A stretch of 62,974 nucleotides of DNA, the filler included, from Octopus bimaculoides (taxonomy: Eukaryota), in NCBI RefSeq assembly GCF_001194135.2. It is 6 parts of 5 records of this genome, joined end to end, with 100 filler letters (N's around TTAATTAATTAA, not from the genome) between each part and the next. Parts side by side here need not be neighbours in the genome. Positions count along the whole stretch, not along the records: positions 34,203 to 51,441 come from NC_069010.1; 5 more parts are not named here. One strand, 5' to 3'. Position numbers and translations under genes: made by a program. The notes beneath the pieces were generated by a model. It did not search any database and was not told where the DNA came from. It worked only from the letters and a program-made list of their open reading frames with translations. Shown here piece after piece: positions 37,972 to 47,889 of the stretch (position 1 is its first letter; each line of letters starts with the position of its first letter).

Positions 37972-39057
37972 TTGAACCCGTACTCTGGTCAGTTGGGGAG
38001 AATGGTATTTCCTTTGTCTTGTCGGTAACCACAGCTATTTTTAGCGTAGCTGCCCCTTTCCGGTCAGCGAAAGTTCAAAAAGGCAGCATAGGAATTTTAC
38101 CGACCGACCCATCTTGGCAGGGGGTAAAGTAGCACTATGAGCTATGGTATTTGGGCTGAATAGGAGAACGGGAATTGGCGGGAAAGCAGTCGGCCGAAGG
38201 AGTTAGCAGAGAACTTTAGCCAGTGGAGTTGTAGCAGCCAGCCAGGGCAGTGGAGTTGTAGCAGCCAGCCGGGGCAGTTGAGTTGTAGCAGCCAGCCGAG
38301 GCAGTCGAGTTGTAGCAGCCAGCCGAAGCAGTTGGGGGATAGCAGTTTGCCCGTGGAGATGGGGCCAGTCGAGTGAGATGAAGTGAAGATGAGAAAGAGA
38401 TAGCCGGTCGTCCGAAGCAATTGTACAGAGATGAAGATGAAGAATAAGTCTGACAGAGAGAAAGATATGGTCAGCAGAAATGTATAGAGTCCCAGAGAGA
38501 GAGAGAGGGACAGAGAGATGGGATACTGGCAGCCAAATGCGATGGCAGTAGTCAGTTGTTTACCTCTTGGATTATAGTGAGTTTTGTNNNNNNNNNNNNN
38601 NNNNNNNNNNNNNNNNNNNNNNNNNNNNNNNNNNNNNNNNNNNNNNNNNNNGATGTGTAACTGAAAAGAGAAAACGAAGAAAAGAAAGAACAGAAAGAAC
38701 TTTCGATGGATTTAATGATTGCGAACCCTTGATTATGTTCACGCAATTTTAGACCATTATATGCTATTGAACTGTTATGTAATGTTTTGGAATGTATTCT
38801 CATGTTTATGTAATGCTTTATTCTCATGTTTTTGATGTTATGTGAAAAGAAAAGGTTACCCAACGCATGGTCTTCGTGTTGTTTCTTCCTCCCCTCCTTT
38901 TTCCTGTGTTGTTCTTCGTTGCGTGCTCCAGCCGGGGCTTTATTATCGGTCAGGTGACCGAGACGAATTTGCTAACTCGCTGAGTGTGAACGTTCGCGCG
39001 CGCGCGAGTCCTTTCTTCGGTGTTAAGGATGTGCTTCGCGTGCGGGCGTTCGTAACA
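37972..39057 (+). mobile_element. 5' LTR of Ty3/Gypsy element, first 58 bp missing
   Basis: 37972-38021 is identical to 41409-41458 of the 3' LTR; ends ...GTAACA just before the PBS. Confidence 0.85.
38220..38333 (+). repeat. 27-bp tandem repeat (4 full copies plus partial) inside the LTR
   Basis: GCAGTGGAGTTGTAGCAGCCAGCCAGG-type units at 38220, 38247, 38274, 38301 and 38328. Confidence 0.9.
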
Positions 39058-39061
39058 AAAT

Positions 39062-39079
39062 TGGTGTCAGAAGTGGGAT
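39062..39079 (+). promoter_or_regulatory. Primer-binding site, tRNA-Leu(CAA)-type
   Basis: TGGTGTCAGAAGTGGGAT, complementary to the ...AUCCCACUUCUGACACCA 3' end of metazoan tRNA-Leu(CAA); 4 nt after the LTR end. Confidence 0.85.
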
Positions 39080-39113
39080 CTTTTGATTTGGTGCAGTGAG
39101 TTTGTTGTTCGTC

Positions 39114-39975
39114 ATGGCTTCGGAGGGTGCGAGTGCGAAGAGTCAGGCTGGGAGGGAGGAAGTATCCCTGTCCTTGATTGTGAGGATGCTGGAAGAGCAG
39201 AGGGAGAGCTTCGCTGAATTCAGGGAAGAGCAACCGCAGATGCGGGAGAGCTTCGCTCAATTCAGGAGGGAACAACAGAGGATGCGGGAGGAGTTCCGCG
39301 GACTGAGTAGTGATGTCGTATGTTGTAAGAAGCAGATCGAAAGGCCCAATGAGAGGACGGAGCGCATTGAGAAGTTTTGTGCTGCCGAGCCTGAGGTCGC
39401 TAAACCTGAAGTGGTTGCTGTTGCTGCATCATCACGTGATACTCCGACGTCTGGATGCGGGTCTCCTGGAGTTGAAAGTAGCGGTGTGGTCCCTGCTAGG
39501 AAGAAGCCACAAGAGGCGTTGGCTAGGGCTCTGGAGTTCGAGTCCTGTATGAAACCGAGCATCNNNNNNNNNNGGCGTTGGCTAGGGCTCTGGAGTTCGA
39601 GTCCTGTATGAAACCGAGCATCGGAAATTTACGAGTAAGTGGATGCTCCGGATTCAAGGCGCGGAGCGTAAAAGTCCGTGAAGTTGAAGGACTTAGTAGG
39701 CGGAATGAGGAGACGAGTGGTGTGTGTTGTTGGCACTGTGGGAAAGGCGGACACAGGCGGCGAGACTGCTACAGTTGGCGGCGAGAGAGGTTTCGAACTG
39801 CAGACCTCAAGTTGAACCCGAGGAAGTGCAGTCTTTCAGAAGGAAGTAAAGTACCTGGGACACCTGAGTTGTGACTGCCCAACAAGAAATAGAGTCGGGA
39901 AACGAAGAGGAGCTGGTGTTGAGGGGCAACCACCAGCCAGACGTTCCAAAGAAGCCCCACACTCGAGACGGCATG
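39114..39975 (+). pseudogene. gag: Gypsy gag, internally deleted and rearranged
   Basis: MASEG... coiled-coil N-terminus, RKKPQE|ALARALEFES junction, zinc knuckle CWHCGKGGHRRRDC (39728-39769), intruding RT-like snippet, GNEEELVLRGNHQP end. Confidence 0.75.
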
Positions 39976-39983
39976 CAGGGTCT

Positions 39984-40230
39984 GTGATTGACAGCCTTAG
40001 AGTGAACGGAAAAGTCAACGGCCGGACGTGTTCTCTAATGATCGATTCGTCCTCGGGACAGACTTTTGTGAGGTCCGATGTGTTGCAGGATCTAGAGTTG
40101 TCAGAGACATCGCAGCAGTTGTGTGGTGTGACCGGACATTGCACTGAGCTGAGAGGGCCAGTTCATGTCCGGATTGATGTTGCCGGATTGGACGTTGTGC
40201 TTCCTGTTTACGTAGTTGAAATGGAGGATT
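39984..40230 (+). pseudogene. Gypsy aspartic protease domain, runs into gap
   Basis: SLRVNGKVNGRTCSLMIDSSSGQTFVR; the D(S/T)G triad reads DSS at 40044. Confidence 0.75.
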
Positions 40231-40882
40231 NNNNNNNNNNNNNNNNNNNNNNNNNNNNNNNNNNNNNNNNNNNNNNNNNNNNNNNNNNNNNNNNNNNNNN
40301 NNNNNNNNNNNNNNNNNNNNNNNNNNNNNNNNNNNNNNNNNNNNNNNNNNNNNNNNNNNNNNNNNNNNNNNNNNNNNNNNNNNNNNNNNNNNNNNNNNNN
40401 NNNNNNNNNNNNNNNNNNNNNNNNNNNNNNNNNNNNNNNNNNNNNNNNNNNNNNNNNNNNNNNNNNNNNNNNNNNNNNNNNNNNNNNNNNNNNNNNNNNN
40501 NNNNNNNNNNNNNNNNNNNNNNNNNNNNNNNNNNNNNNNNNNNNNNNNNNNNNNNNNNNNNNNNNNNNNNNNNNNNNNNNNNNNNNNNNNNNNNNNNNNN
40601 NNNNNNNNNNNNNNNNNNNNNNNNNNNNNNNNNNNNNNNNNNNNNNNNNNNNNNNNNNNNNNNNNNNNNNNNNNNNNNNNNNNNNNNNNNNNNNNNNNNN
40701 NNNNNNNNNNNNNNNNNNNNNNNNNNNNNNNNNNNNNNNNNNNNNNNNNNNNNNNNNNNNNNNNNNNNNNNNNNNNNNNNNNNNNNNNNNNNNNNNNNNN
40801 NNNNNNNNNNNNNNNNNNNNNNNNNNNNNNNNNNNNNNNNNNNNNNNNNNNNNNNNNNNNNNNNNNNNNNNNNNNNNNNNNN

Positions 40883-41266
40883 GAACTGCCCCGGGAAACC
40901 TCCAGCTATGTGAAGTATCTCCAGGAAAGTCTGACTGAGGTACACCAGCAAGTTAGAGAAGCTCTGAAGTTTTCAGGTGAAGTAAGGAAGCGTCGGCACG
41001 ACACCAGGGCTAGTGAAGCCAACTTTAAGGAGGGTGATGAAGTGTGGTCTCATAACCCCAGGCGGAAGAGAGGACAGTCACCGAAGTTGCAGAGTCCATG
41101 GGAAGGGCCTTATACAGTAATGGATCGCCTGTCCGATGTGACATACTGGATTCGAGGAGGCAGGAGAACTTCTCCGAAAATTGTACACGCAAACCGTCTG
41201 TGGAAGTACCATGGTTCTGGACAGTTCAGCTGGAACACACCTGCAGGGGTTGGATCCACTTGCTAA
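40883..41266 (+). pseudogene. Gypsy integrase C-terminal (GPY/F) region
   Basis: FKEGDEVWSHNPRRKRGQSPKLQSPWEGPYTVMDRLSDVTYWI...VHANRLWKY. Confidence 0.9.
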
Positions 41267-41339
41267 AAAAGTCTGAGAAAGAAAAGAATCGATTTAGGAG
41301 TTGAAATGTTGTTTGTTTTTGTCGGGACGACAAAGAACT

Positions 41340-41458
41340 AGGGAAGGGGTTGTGATGCGACCACCGAAAATGCAATTAGCACTATATCCCTATCTCCCGG
41401 GCTGGGTCTTGAACCCGTACTCTGGTCAGTTGGGGAGAATGGTATTTCCTTTGTCTTG
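41340..41458 (+). mobile_element. Polypurine tract and start of 3' LTR
   Basis: AGGGAAGGGG (41340-49), then TGTGATGCG at 41351; the remainder lies in the gap. Confidence 0.85.
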
Positions 41459-42727
41459 NNNNNNNNNNNNNNNNNNNNNNNNNNNNNNNNNNNNNNNNNN
41501 NNNNNNNNNNNNNNNNNNNNNNNNNNNNNNNNNNNNNNNNNNNNNNNNNNNNNNNNNNCTTCTTCTTCTTCTTCTTCTTCTTCTTCTTCTTCTTCCTATT
41601 CTTCTTCTACTTCTGTTTTTTTCTTCTTCTACTCCTACTTCTTCTTATGCTAATTACTTTTCTTCTTCACGTCCACATTCTCGTCATCGTCCTGCTCCTG
41701 CTCCCCTTCTCCTCCTCATTCTTCTTCATCTACTCTTTCTTTTCTTCTTCTTCTTCTTCTTCTTCTTCTTCTTCTTCTTCTTCTTCTTCTTCTTCTATTC
41801 CTATTCTTCTTCTTTTTCTTCTGCTTCCTCTTCCTCTTCTTCTTTTTCTTCTTCTTTTTCTTCTTTTTCTTCCGTTTCTTCTTCTTCTTCTTCTTCTTCT
41901 TCTTCTTCTTCTCCTTCCTCTGCTTCTTCTTCTTCTTCTTCTTCTTCTTCTTCTTCTTCTTCTTCTTCTACTTCTTCTTTTTCTACTTTTTCTTTTTGTT
42001 CTAATTCTTTTTTTGTTCTAATTCTTCCTTTTCTTCTTCTTCTTCTTCTGCTTCTTCTTCATCTTCTTCTTCTCATTCTCCTTCCTCTTATTCTTCATCT
42101 TCTCTTTCTTCTTCTATTTTTTCTTCTTCTTCTTCTTCTTCTTCTTTTCCTATTCTTCTTCTTCTTCTTCTTCATCTGCCTCTTCTTTTTTCTTCTTCTT
42201 TTTCTAGTTTTTCTTTTTGTTCTAATTCTTCTTCTTCTTCTTCTTCTTCCTCTTCCACTTCTTCTTCTCCTTCTTCTTCTTCTACTCCTCCTCCTTCTTC
42301 TTCTTCTACTCCTCCTCCTCCNNNNNNNNNNNNNNNNNNNNNNNNNNNNNNNNNNNNNNNNNNNNNNNNNNNNNNNNNNNNNNNNNNNNNNNNNNNNNNN
42401 NNNNNNNNNNNNNNNNNNNNNNNNNNNNNNNNNNNNNNNNNNNNNNNNNNNNNNNNNNNNNNNNNNNNNNNNNNNNNNNNNNNNNNNNNNNNNNNNNNNN
42501 NNNNNNNNNNNNNNNNNNNNNNNNNNNNNNNNNNNNNNNNNNNNNNNNNNNNNNNNNNNNNNNNNNNNNNNNNNNNNNNNNNNNNNNNNNNNNNNNNNNN
42601 NNNNNNNNNNNNNNNNNNNNNNNNNNNNNNNNNNNNNNNNNNNNNNTTCTTCTTCTTCTTCTTCTTCTCCTTCTTCTTCTACTTCTTCTTTTTCTTCTTC
42701 TTCTTCTCCTTCTTCTGCTTCTTCTTC

Positions 42728-42759
<32 letters not shown>

Positions 42760-42970
42760 CTCCTTCTTCTGCTTCTTTTTTTCTACTCCTATTTCTTCTT
42801 TTTCTTCTTCCTTCTTCTTCTTCTTCTTCTTCTTCTTCTTCTGAATCATTGTTATCTGTCCTTTTTTAATTGTCATCTGTACTTTTTTTAATTGTTATCC
42901 GTCCGATGTTTCATATTGTATCAGAAATATTTGCCATATAATATATTTTACGCTTTCTTTACTGCTATAG

Positions 42971-43042
42971 ATATCTTCACTCCACCAACATTGCAATTAT
43001 CAAACCAGGTGCATTCACGGGGCTTTCGAATTTACAGACACT
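42971..43042 (+). CDS. 72-nt phase-2 LRR exon
   Basis: ctatag|A TAT CTT CAC TCC ACC AAC ATT...TTA CAG ACA CT|gtaagt = YLHSTNIAIIKPGAFTGLSNLQT(L). Confidence 0.85.
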
Positions 43043-43163
43043 GTAAGTCCGTTCAGTTTCTTGATATTACTTTCTGACAATGAATTATTTCTTGTCATTT
43101 TTTAAATTCTTTTTTGTCTTTCATTTTCTCAATAAACTCGATGTTCAATATTTCCTCTTCTTC

Positions 43164-43195
<32 letters not shown>

Positions 43196-44102
43196 CTTCT
43201 TCTTCTTCTTCGCCTCCTTTTCTTTTTCTTCTCCTTCTTCTTTCTTTCATCATGTTCTTCTTCTCCTTCTTCCTCATCTTCTACTTCTTCTCCTATGTCT
43301 TCTTCTCCTATGTCTTCTTCTCCTATGTCTTCTTCCTTTCTTCTTCTTCTTCTTCTTCTTCTTCTTCTTCTTCTTCTTCTTCGATATCTATCCTCTTTTT
43401 CTTCCTGTTAATCTTAAACCACAGTGTTTTATATTGTATCACAAATATTTCCCAAATGATATATGGAATATATGGCCTGAAACAATTTAACTGATGATAT
43501 ATTTCTTGTAAAAAGGTGTATTCTAATTCAACTTTCTTTTGTCAATTAAGCGATATTAAATTAATAATCTCTCTCACCATATTGCCCCACGAGTGTGTGT
43601 GAATATGTGTGAATGTGAGTGTGCGTATCACCTTCCGTCGTTGATATTATGAGTATAAGTGTGCGTATGAGTGCATGTGTATATATTGATCAATGAATCC
43701 ATATATTCTCTGATTTTTCAGCCATGTTATCCCTCTCAATCTTTTCTGCTCTATCTCTGAATTATTTCCTGTTATGTCTTTAACGAAATATTCTGTTTTC
43801 AACGTCTTGAACACCTCGATTTTCAATGTGTCGTCGTCGTCGTCGTCTTCTTCTTCTTCTTCTTCTTCTTCTTCTTCTTCTTCTTCTTCTTTTTCTTCTT
43901 CTTCTTCTTCTTCTTCTTCTTCTTCTTCTTCTTCTTCTTCTTCTTCTTCTTCTTCTTCTCCTCCTTCTCCTTCTTCTTTTTCTCCTTCTTCTTCATTGTT
44001 GTCTGTGCCTTTTTCATTTTGTCATTCTAAAGCCACATTGTTTGATATTGTATCACACATATTTTGCATATAATCTATTTTACTCTTTCTTTACTGCTAT
44101 AG

Positions 44103-44174
44103 AAATCTTGGCTTCAACAACATTGCAACTTTCAAACCAGATACATTCACTGGGCTTTCGAATTTACAGACATT
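44103..44174 (+). CDS. 72-nt phase-2 LRR exon
   Basis: ctatag|A AAT CTT GGC TTC AAC AAC ATT...TTA CAG ACA TT|gtaagt = NLGFNNIATFKPDTFTGLSNLQT(L). Confidence 0.9.
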
Positions 44175-44425
44175 GTAAGTCCGTTCAGATTCTTGATATT
44201 ACTTTCTCACAATGAATTATTTCTTGTCATTTTTTGAATACTTTTTTCTCCTTTCATTTTCTCGATCAACCAGATGTTCAATGTGTCTTTTCTTCTTTTT
44301 CTTCTTCTTCTTCTTCTCCTCCTCCTCATTCTTCTTCTTCTTCTTCTTCTCCTCCTCATTCTTCTTCTTCTTCTTCTTCTTCTCCTTCTTCTTCTCCTTC
44401 TTCTTCTCCCATCCTTCTTCTTCTT

Positions 44426-44456
<31 letters not shown>

Positions 44457-44605
44457 TTATTATTATCTTTATTATTATTTTTTTCTTCTTCTACTCCAAT
44501 GTTATCTGGCGTTTTTTCATCCTGTCATTCTAAGGCCACAATGGTTTATATTGTATCACAAATATTTGCCATATAATATATTTTACGCTTTCTTCACTGC
44601 TATAG

Positions 44606-44677
44606 AGATCTTCACTCCAACAACATTGCAACTATCAAACCAAATACATTCAAGGGTCTTTCGAATTTACAGGAACT
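44606..44677 (+). CDS. 72-nt phase-2 LRR exon
   Basis: ctatag|A GAT CTT CAC TCC AAC AAC ATT...TTA CAG GAA CT|gtaaat = DLHSNNIATIKPNTFKGLSNLQE(L). Confidence 0.9.
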
Positions 44678-44786
44678 GTAAATCCGTTCAGTTTCTTGAT
44701 ATTACTTTCTGACAATGAATAATTTCTCGTCAGTTTTTTGAATACTTTTTCTCTTTCATTTTTACATCAACTCGAAGTTGAATATG

Positions 44787-44817
<31 letters not shown>

Positions 44818-44937
44818 CTTCTTCTTCTTCGTTATCTGTCCTCTTTTTTCTTCCTTTCATTCTAAATTCACAATGTTTGATATTGTATCACAAATATTTT
44901 CCATATAATCTATTTTACTCTATCTTTACTGGTATAG

Positions 44938-45009
44938 ATATCTTTACTCCAACAACATTGCAACTATCAAACCAGCTGTATTCACGGGGCTTTCAGATTT
45001 ACAGACATT
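44938..45009 (+). pseudogene. 72-nt LRR exon with intact frame but destroyed donor
   Basis: gtatag|A TAT CTT TAC TCC AAC AAC ATT...CAG ACA TT|tgaagtcc = YLYSNNIATIKPAVFTGLSDLQT; sister copies have gtaagtcc here. Confidence 0.8.
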
Positions 45010-45436
45010 TGAAGTCCGTTCAGTTTCTTGATATTACTCGCTGACAATAAATTTTTTCTTGTCATTTTTTGGATACTTTTTTGTCTTTTCATTTTCTCGA
45101 TCAACTCGATATATAAGACTTTTTCTTGTTGTTGTTGTTGTTGTTGTTCTTCTTGTTCTCCTTATCCTCTTGCTTCCTCTTCTTCTTCAACTTCTACTTC
45201 TTTTTTTCGTCTTCTTCCTTTTCTTCTTCTTCTTCTTCTTCTTCTTCTTCTTCTTCTTCTTCTTCTTCTTCTTCTTCTTCTTCCTTTTCGTCTCCATTTT
45301 CGACATATATCCCATGTTCTCTCATGTCGTCTATACATGGTCTGCCATATTTGCCGATATTATAAATAGAATTCTGTCTATTATTTTATCATAAATATTT
45401 TCTATTTCATTTCTTTAACTGTATTTACTTCTACAG

Positions 45437-45509
45437 AGCGCTTGACGGTGCTAATATGACAAGGACAACGACTGCGACATAACATTTCCTGCATGAAACC
45501 TTTATGTCT
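45437..45509 (+). pseudogene. LRR-like pseudoexon (73 nt, in-frame stop)
   Basis: ctacag|A GCG CTT GAC GGT GCT AAT ATG...ACA TAA...CT|gtaagc; good splice sites, one base too long. Confidence 0.5.
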
Positions 45510-46430
45510 GTAAGCGTATATGTTTATGTCCTTTTGCATATGAATGACTGGATGTATATGTGACAATATAATTCACATACTTATGTTTTAGCTACACTTT
45601 TGTTTCCCATTCCCTTCTCGATTCTTGTGGTTGTTATCCGTCTATTCTTCCACCGAATTCGTTTCTTCCTAATTTACGTCACTTTATTTATCTAATAGAT
45701 CAAGCTTCGAAGGACAAGTGAAAATAGAAATGTGTAAAATATTGTCAAATATGACTTTCCATACATAAAGCTCACCAGGTTCTCCGCTTCAATCTTTGTC
45801 TTCTTATGTTCTTCGCTATCTCCTCATTTTTGCTGTCCACTAGCTTTTTCCGACATTCTCTTCAGAATTCTTTGTTGATTTTGTTGTTGTTGTTGTTGTT
45901 GTTCTTCTTCTTCTTATCATTATTATTATTATTATTGTTATTATTATTCATCTTTTCCACCTCCTCGAACACTCCTCCTACTCCAGTCCTTCCCTTGTTC
46001 TTCCGCTTCCACTTCTTCCTCTTTCTCTTCTTCTTCAAATGAAAAATATAAATTCTTTTATTCTTTTATTGACACAACTTACTTTAAGTAAATCTCACCA
46101 GTTTACCCTTCCTTCTTCTGTGTTATTTCATTTTCTTCGTTTCTGCTTTCTTTCTGCTGAACACATGCTCTTTCCAATCTTCTCCTCTTCTGAATTGTTT
46201 CTCGTTGCTGTTGTTATTGTAGTTGTTGCTATTGTTGTGGTTGTTGTTGTTCTCCTTCTTCTATTTCTTTCTCTTCTCCTTCTTTCTCTTCTTCTTCTTC
46301 CATTTCTTCCTTCTTCTTCTTCTTTTTCCTCTACTTCCTCTTCTTCGTTTTCTTCTTCTTCGTTATCTATCCTCTTTTTCTTCCTGACATTAATATCATA
46401 TTTAAAACCTTCTCTAGTAACGGTAATATA

Positions 46431-46615
46431 GAAACTGAGAGGAACATAATGAAGAGCATCCAGCAAGTATCCAACTCCATCCACCAAAGTATGAAGGTGA
46501 CTATAGATTATCCCACTAAGCACCCCAACAATAGTCTCCCGGTCCCTGTTACTGATATTCACTTAGAGACTGTGAACAACAATGTTCAGCTCTTCCACTC
46601 CTGTTACATGATTTA
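46431..46615 (+). mobile_element. Penelope-like RT fragment
   Basis: MKSIQQVSNSIHQSMKVTIDYPTKHPNNSLPVPVTDI...QLFHSCYM resembles the PLE RT segment IANSIHPSIQVxxDYPSxxxxxxLPxLD...FYxKP (from recall). Confidence 0.6.
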
Positions 46616-46644
46616 ATTAGTAATTTAGATGTAAGCTACATTTG

Positions 46645-46995
46645 GAGCTGTGGAGGCGCAATGGCCCAGTGTTTAGGGCAGTGCACTCGCGATCATAGGG
46701 TCGCAGTTTCGATTCCCAAACCGGGCATTGTGAGTGTTTATTAAGCGAAAACACCTAAAGCTCCACGAGGCTCCGGCAGGGTATGGCGGCGAACCCTGCT
46801 GTACTCTTCCACCACAACTTTCTCTCACTCTTACTTCCTGTTTCTGTTGTGCCTGTAATTCAAAGGGTCAGCCTTGTCACACTATGTCACGCTGAATATC
46901 CCCTAGAACCACTTGCGCGTTAATTTCACAAGCAGGCTGTTCAGTTGATCGGATCAACTGGAACCCTCAACATCGTAACTGATGGAGTGCCAACA
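46645..46995 (+). mobile_element. tRNA-derived SINE, family C
   Basis: Head GGAGGCGCAATGGCCCAGTGTTTAGGGC (A box) and GTTTCGATTCCC (B box), followed by ~270 bp of non-tRNA body. Confidence 0.8.
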
Positions 46996-47889
46996 CACAT
47001 ACATTTGGAGCTAAAATAATTGGAAATTGGTTCTTTAAAACAGTTATGTCAAAGTATGTGNNNNNNNNNNNNNNNNNNNNNNNNNNNNNNNNNNNNNNNN
47101 NNNNNNNNNNNNNNNNNNNNNNNNNNNNNNNNNNNNNNNNNNNNNNNNNNNNNNNNNNNNNNNNNNNNNNNNNNNNNNNNNNNNNNNNNNNNNNNNNNNN
47201 NNNNNNNNNNNNNNNNNNNNNNNNNNNNNNNNNNNNNNNNNNNNNNNNNNNNNNNNNNNNNNNNNNNNNNNNNNNNNNNNNNNNNNNNNNNNNNNNNNNN
47301 NNNNNNNNNNNNNNNNNNNNNNNNNNNNNNNNNNNNNNNNNNNNNNNNNNNNNNNNNNNNNNNNNNNNNNNNNNNNNNNNNNNNNNNNNNNNNNNNNNNN
47401 NNNNNNNNNNNNNNNNNNNNNNNNNNNNNNNNNNNNNNNNNNNNNNNNNNNNNNNNNNNNNNNNNNNNNNNNNNNNNNNNNNNNNNNNNNNNNNNNNNNN
47501 NNNNNNNNNNNNNNNNNNNNNNNNNNNNNNNNNNNNNNNNNNNNNNNNNNNNNNNNNNNNNNNNNNNNNNNNNNNNNNNNNNNNNNNNNNNNNNNNNNNN
47601 NNNNNNNNNNNNNNNNNNNNNNNNNNNNNNNNNNNNNNNNNNNNNNNNNNNNNNNNNNNNNNNNNNNNNNNNNNNNNNNNNNNNNNNNNNNNNNNNNNNN
47701 NNNNNNNNNNNNNNNNNNNNNNNNNNNNNNNNNNNNNNNNNNNNNNNNNNNNNNNNNNNNNNNNNNNNNNNNNNNNNNNNNNNNTATATATATATATAAA
47801 TTTAAAGAATGGAGTAAACGCATATTATAACTGCATACTTTTATTCCGACATATGTTTCGAAGAATTACAATTTATGCGATCCATAGGA

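Larger units (their letters stand above)
41559..46430 (+). repeat. (CTT)n-separated tandem array of ~300-bp intron-exon-intron cassettes
   Basis: Conserved flanks (ATATTGTATCACAAATATTT upstream; GTCCGTTCAGTTTCTTGATATTACTTTCTGACAATGAAT downstream) recur four times, with partial copies near 43380, 45290 and 46350. Confidence 0.9.

Noticed and set aside
38220-38333. CRISPR-like appearance of 27-bp repeats (also 8950-9186)
   Set aside because: Head-to-tail units with no unique spacers, eukaryotic context, no cas genes.
39515-39622. 49-bp direct duplication in gag
   Set aside because: The identical copies flank a 10-N gap, typical of an unmerged contig overlap.
41301-42869. 522-aa ORF and other poly-Leu/Ser/Phe ORFs at 41-46 kb
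   Set aside because: Translations of (CTT)n and N runs; the real coding signal is the 72-nt exons in other frames.
46650-46725. tRNA genes at 46650, 59757, ~31930 and ~61405
   Set aside because: A and B boxes are present, but I could not form a full acceptor stem and the heads run into SINE bodies or are degenerate.
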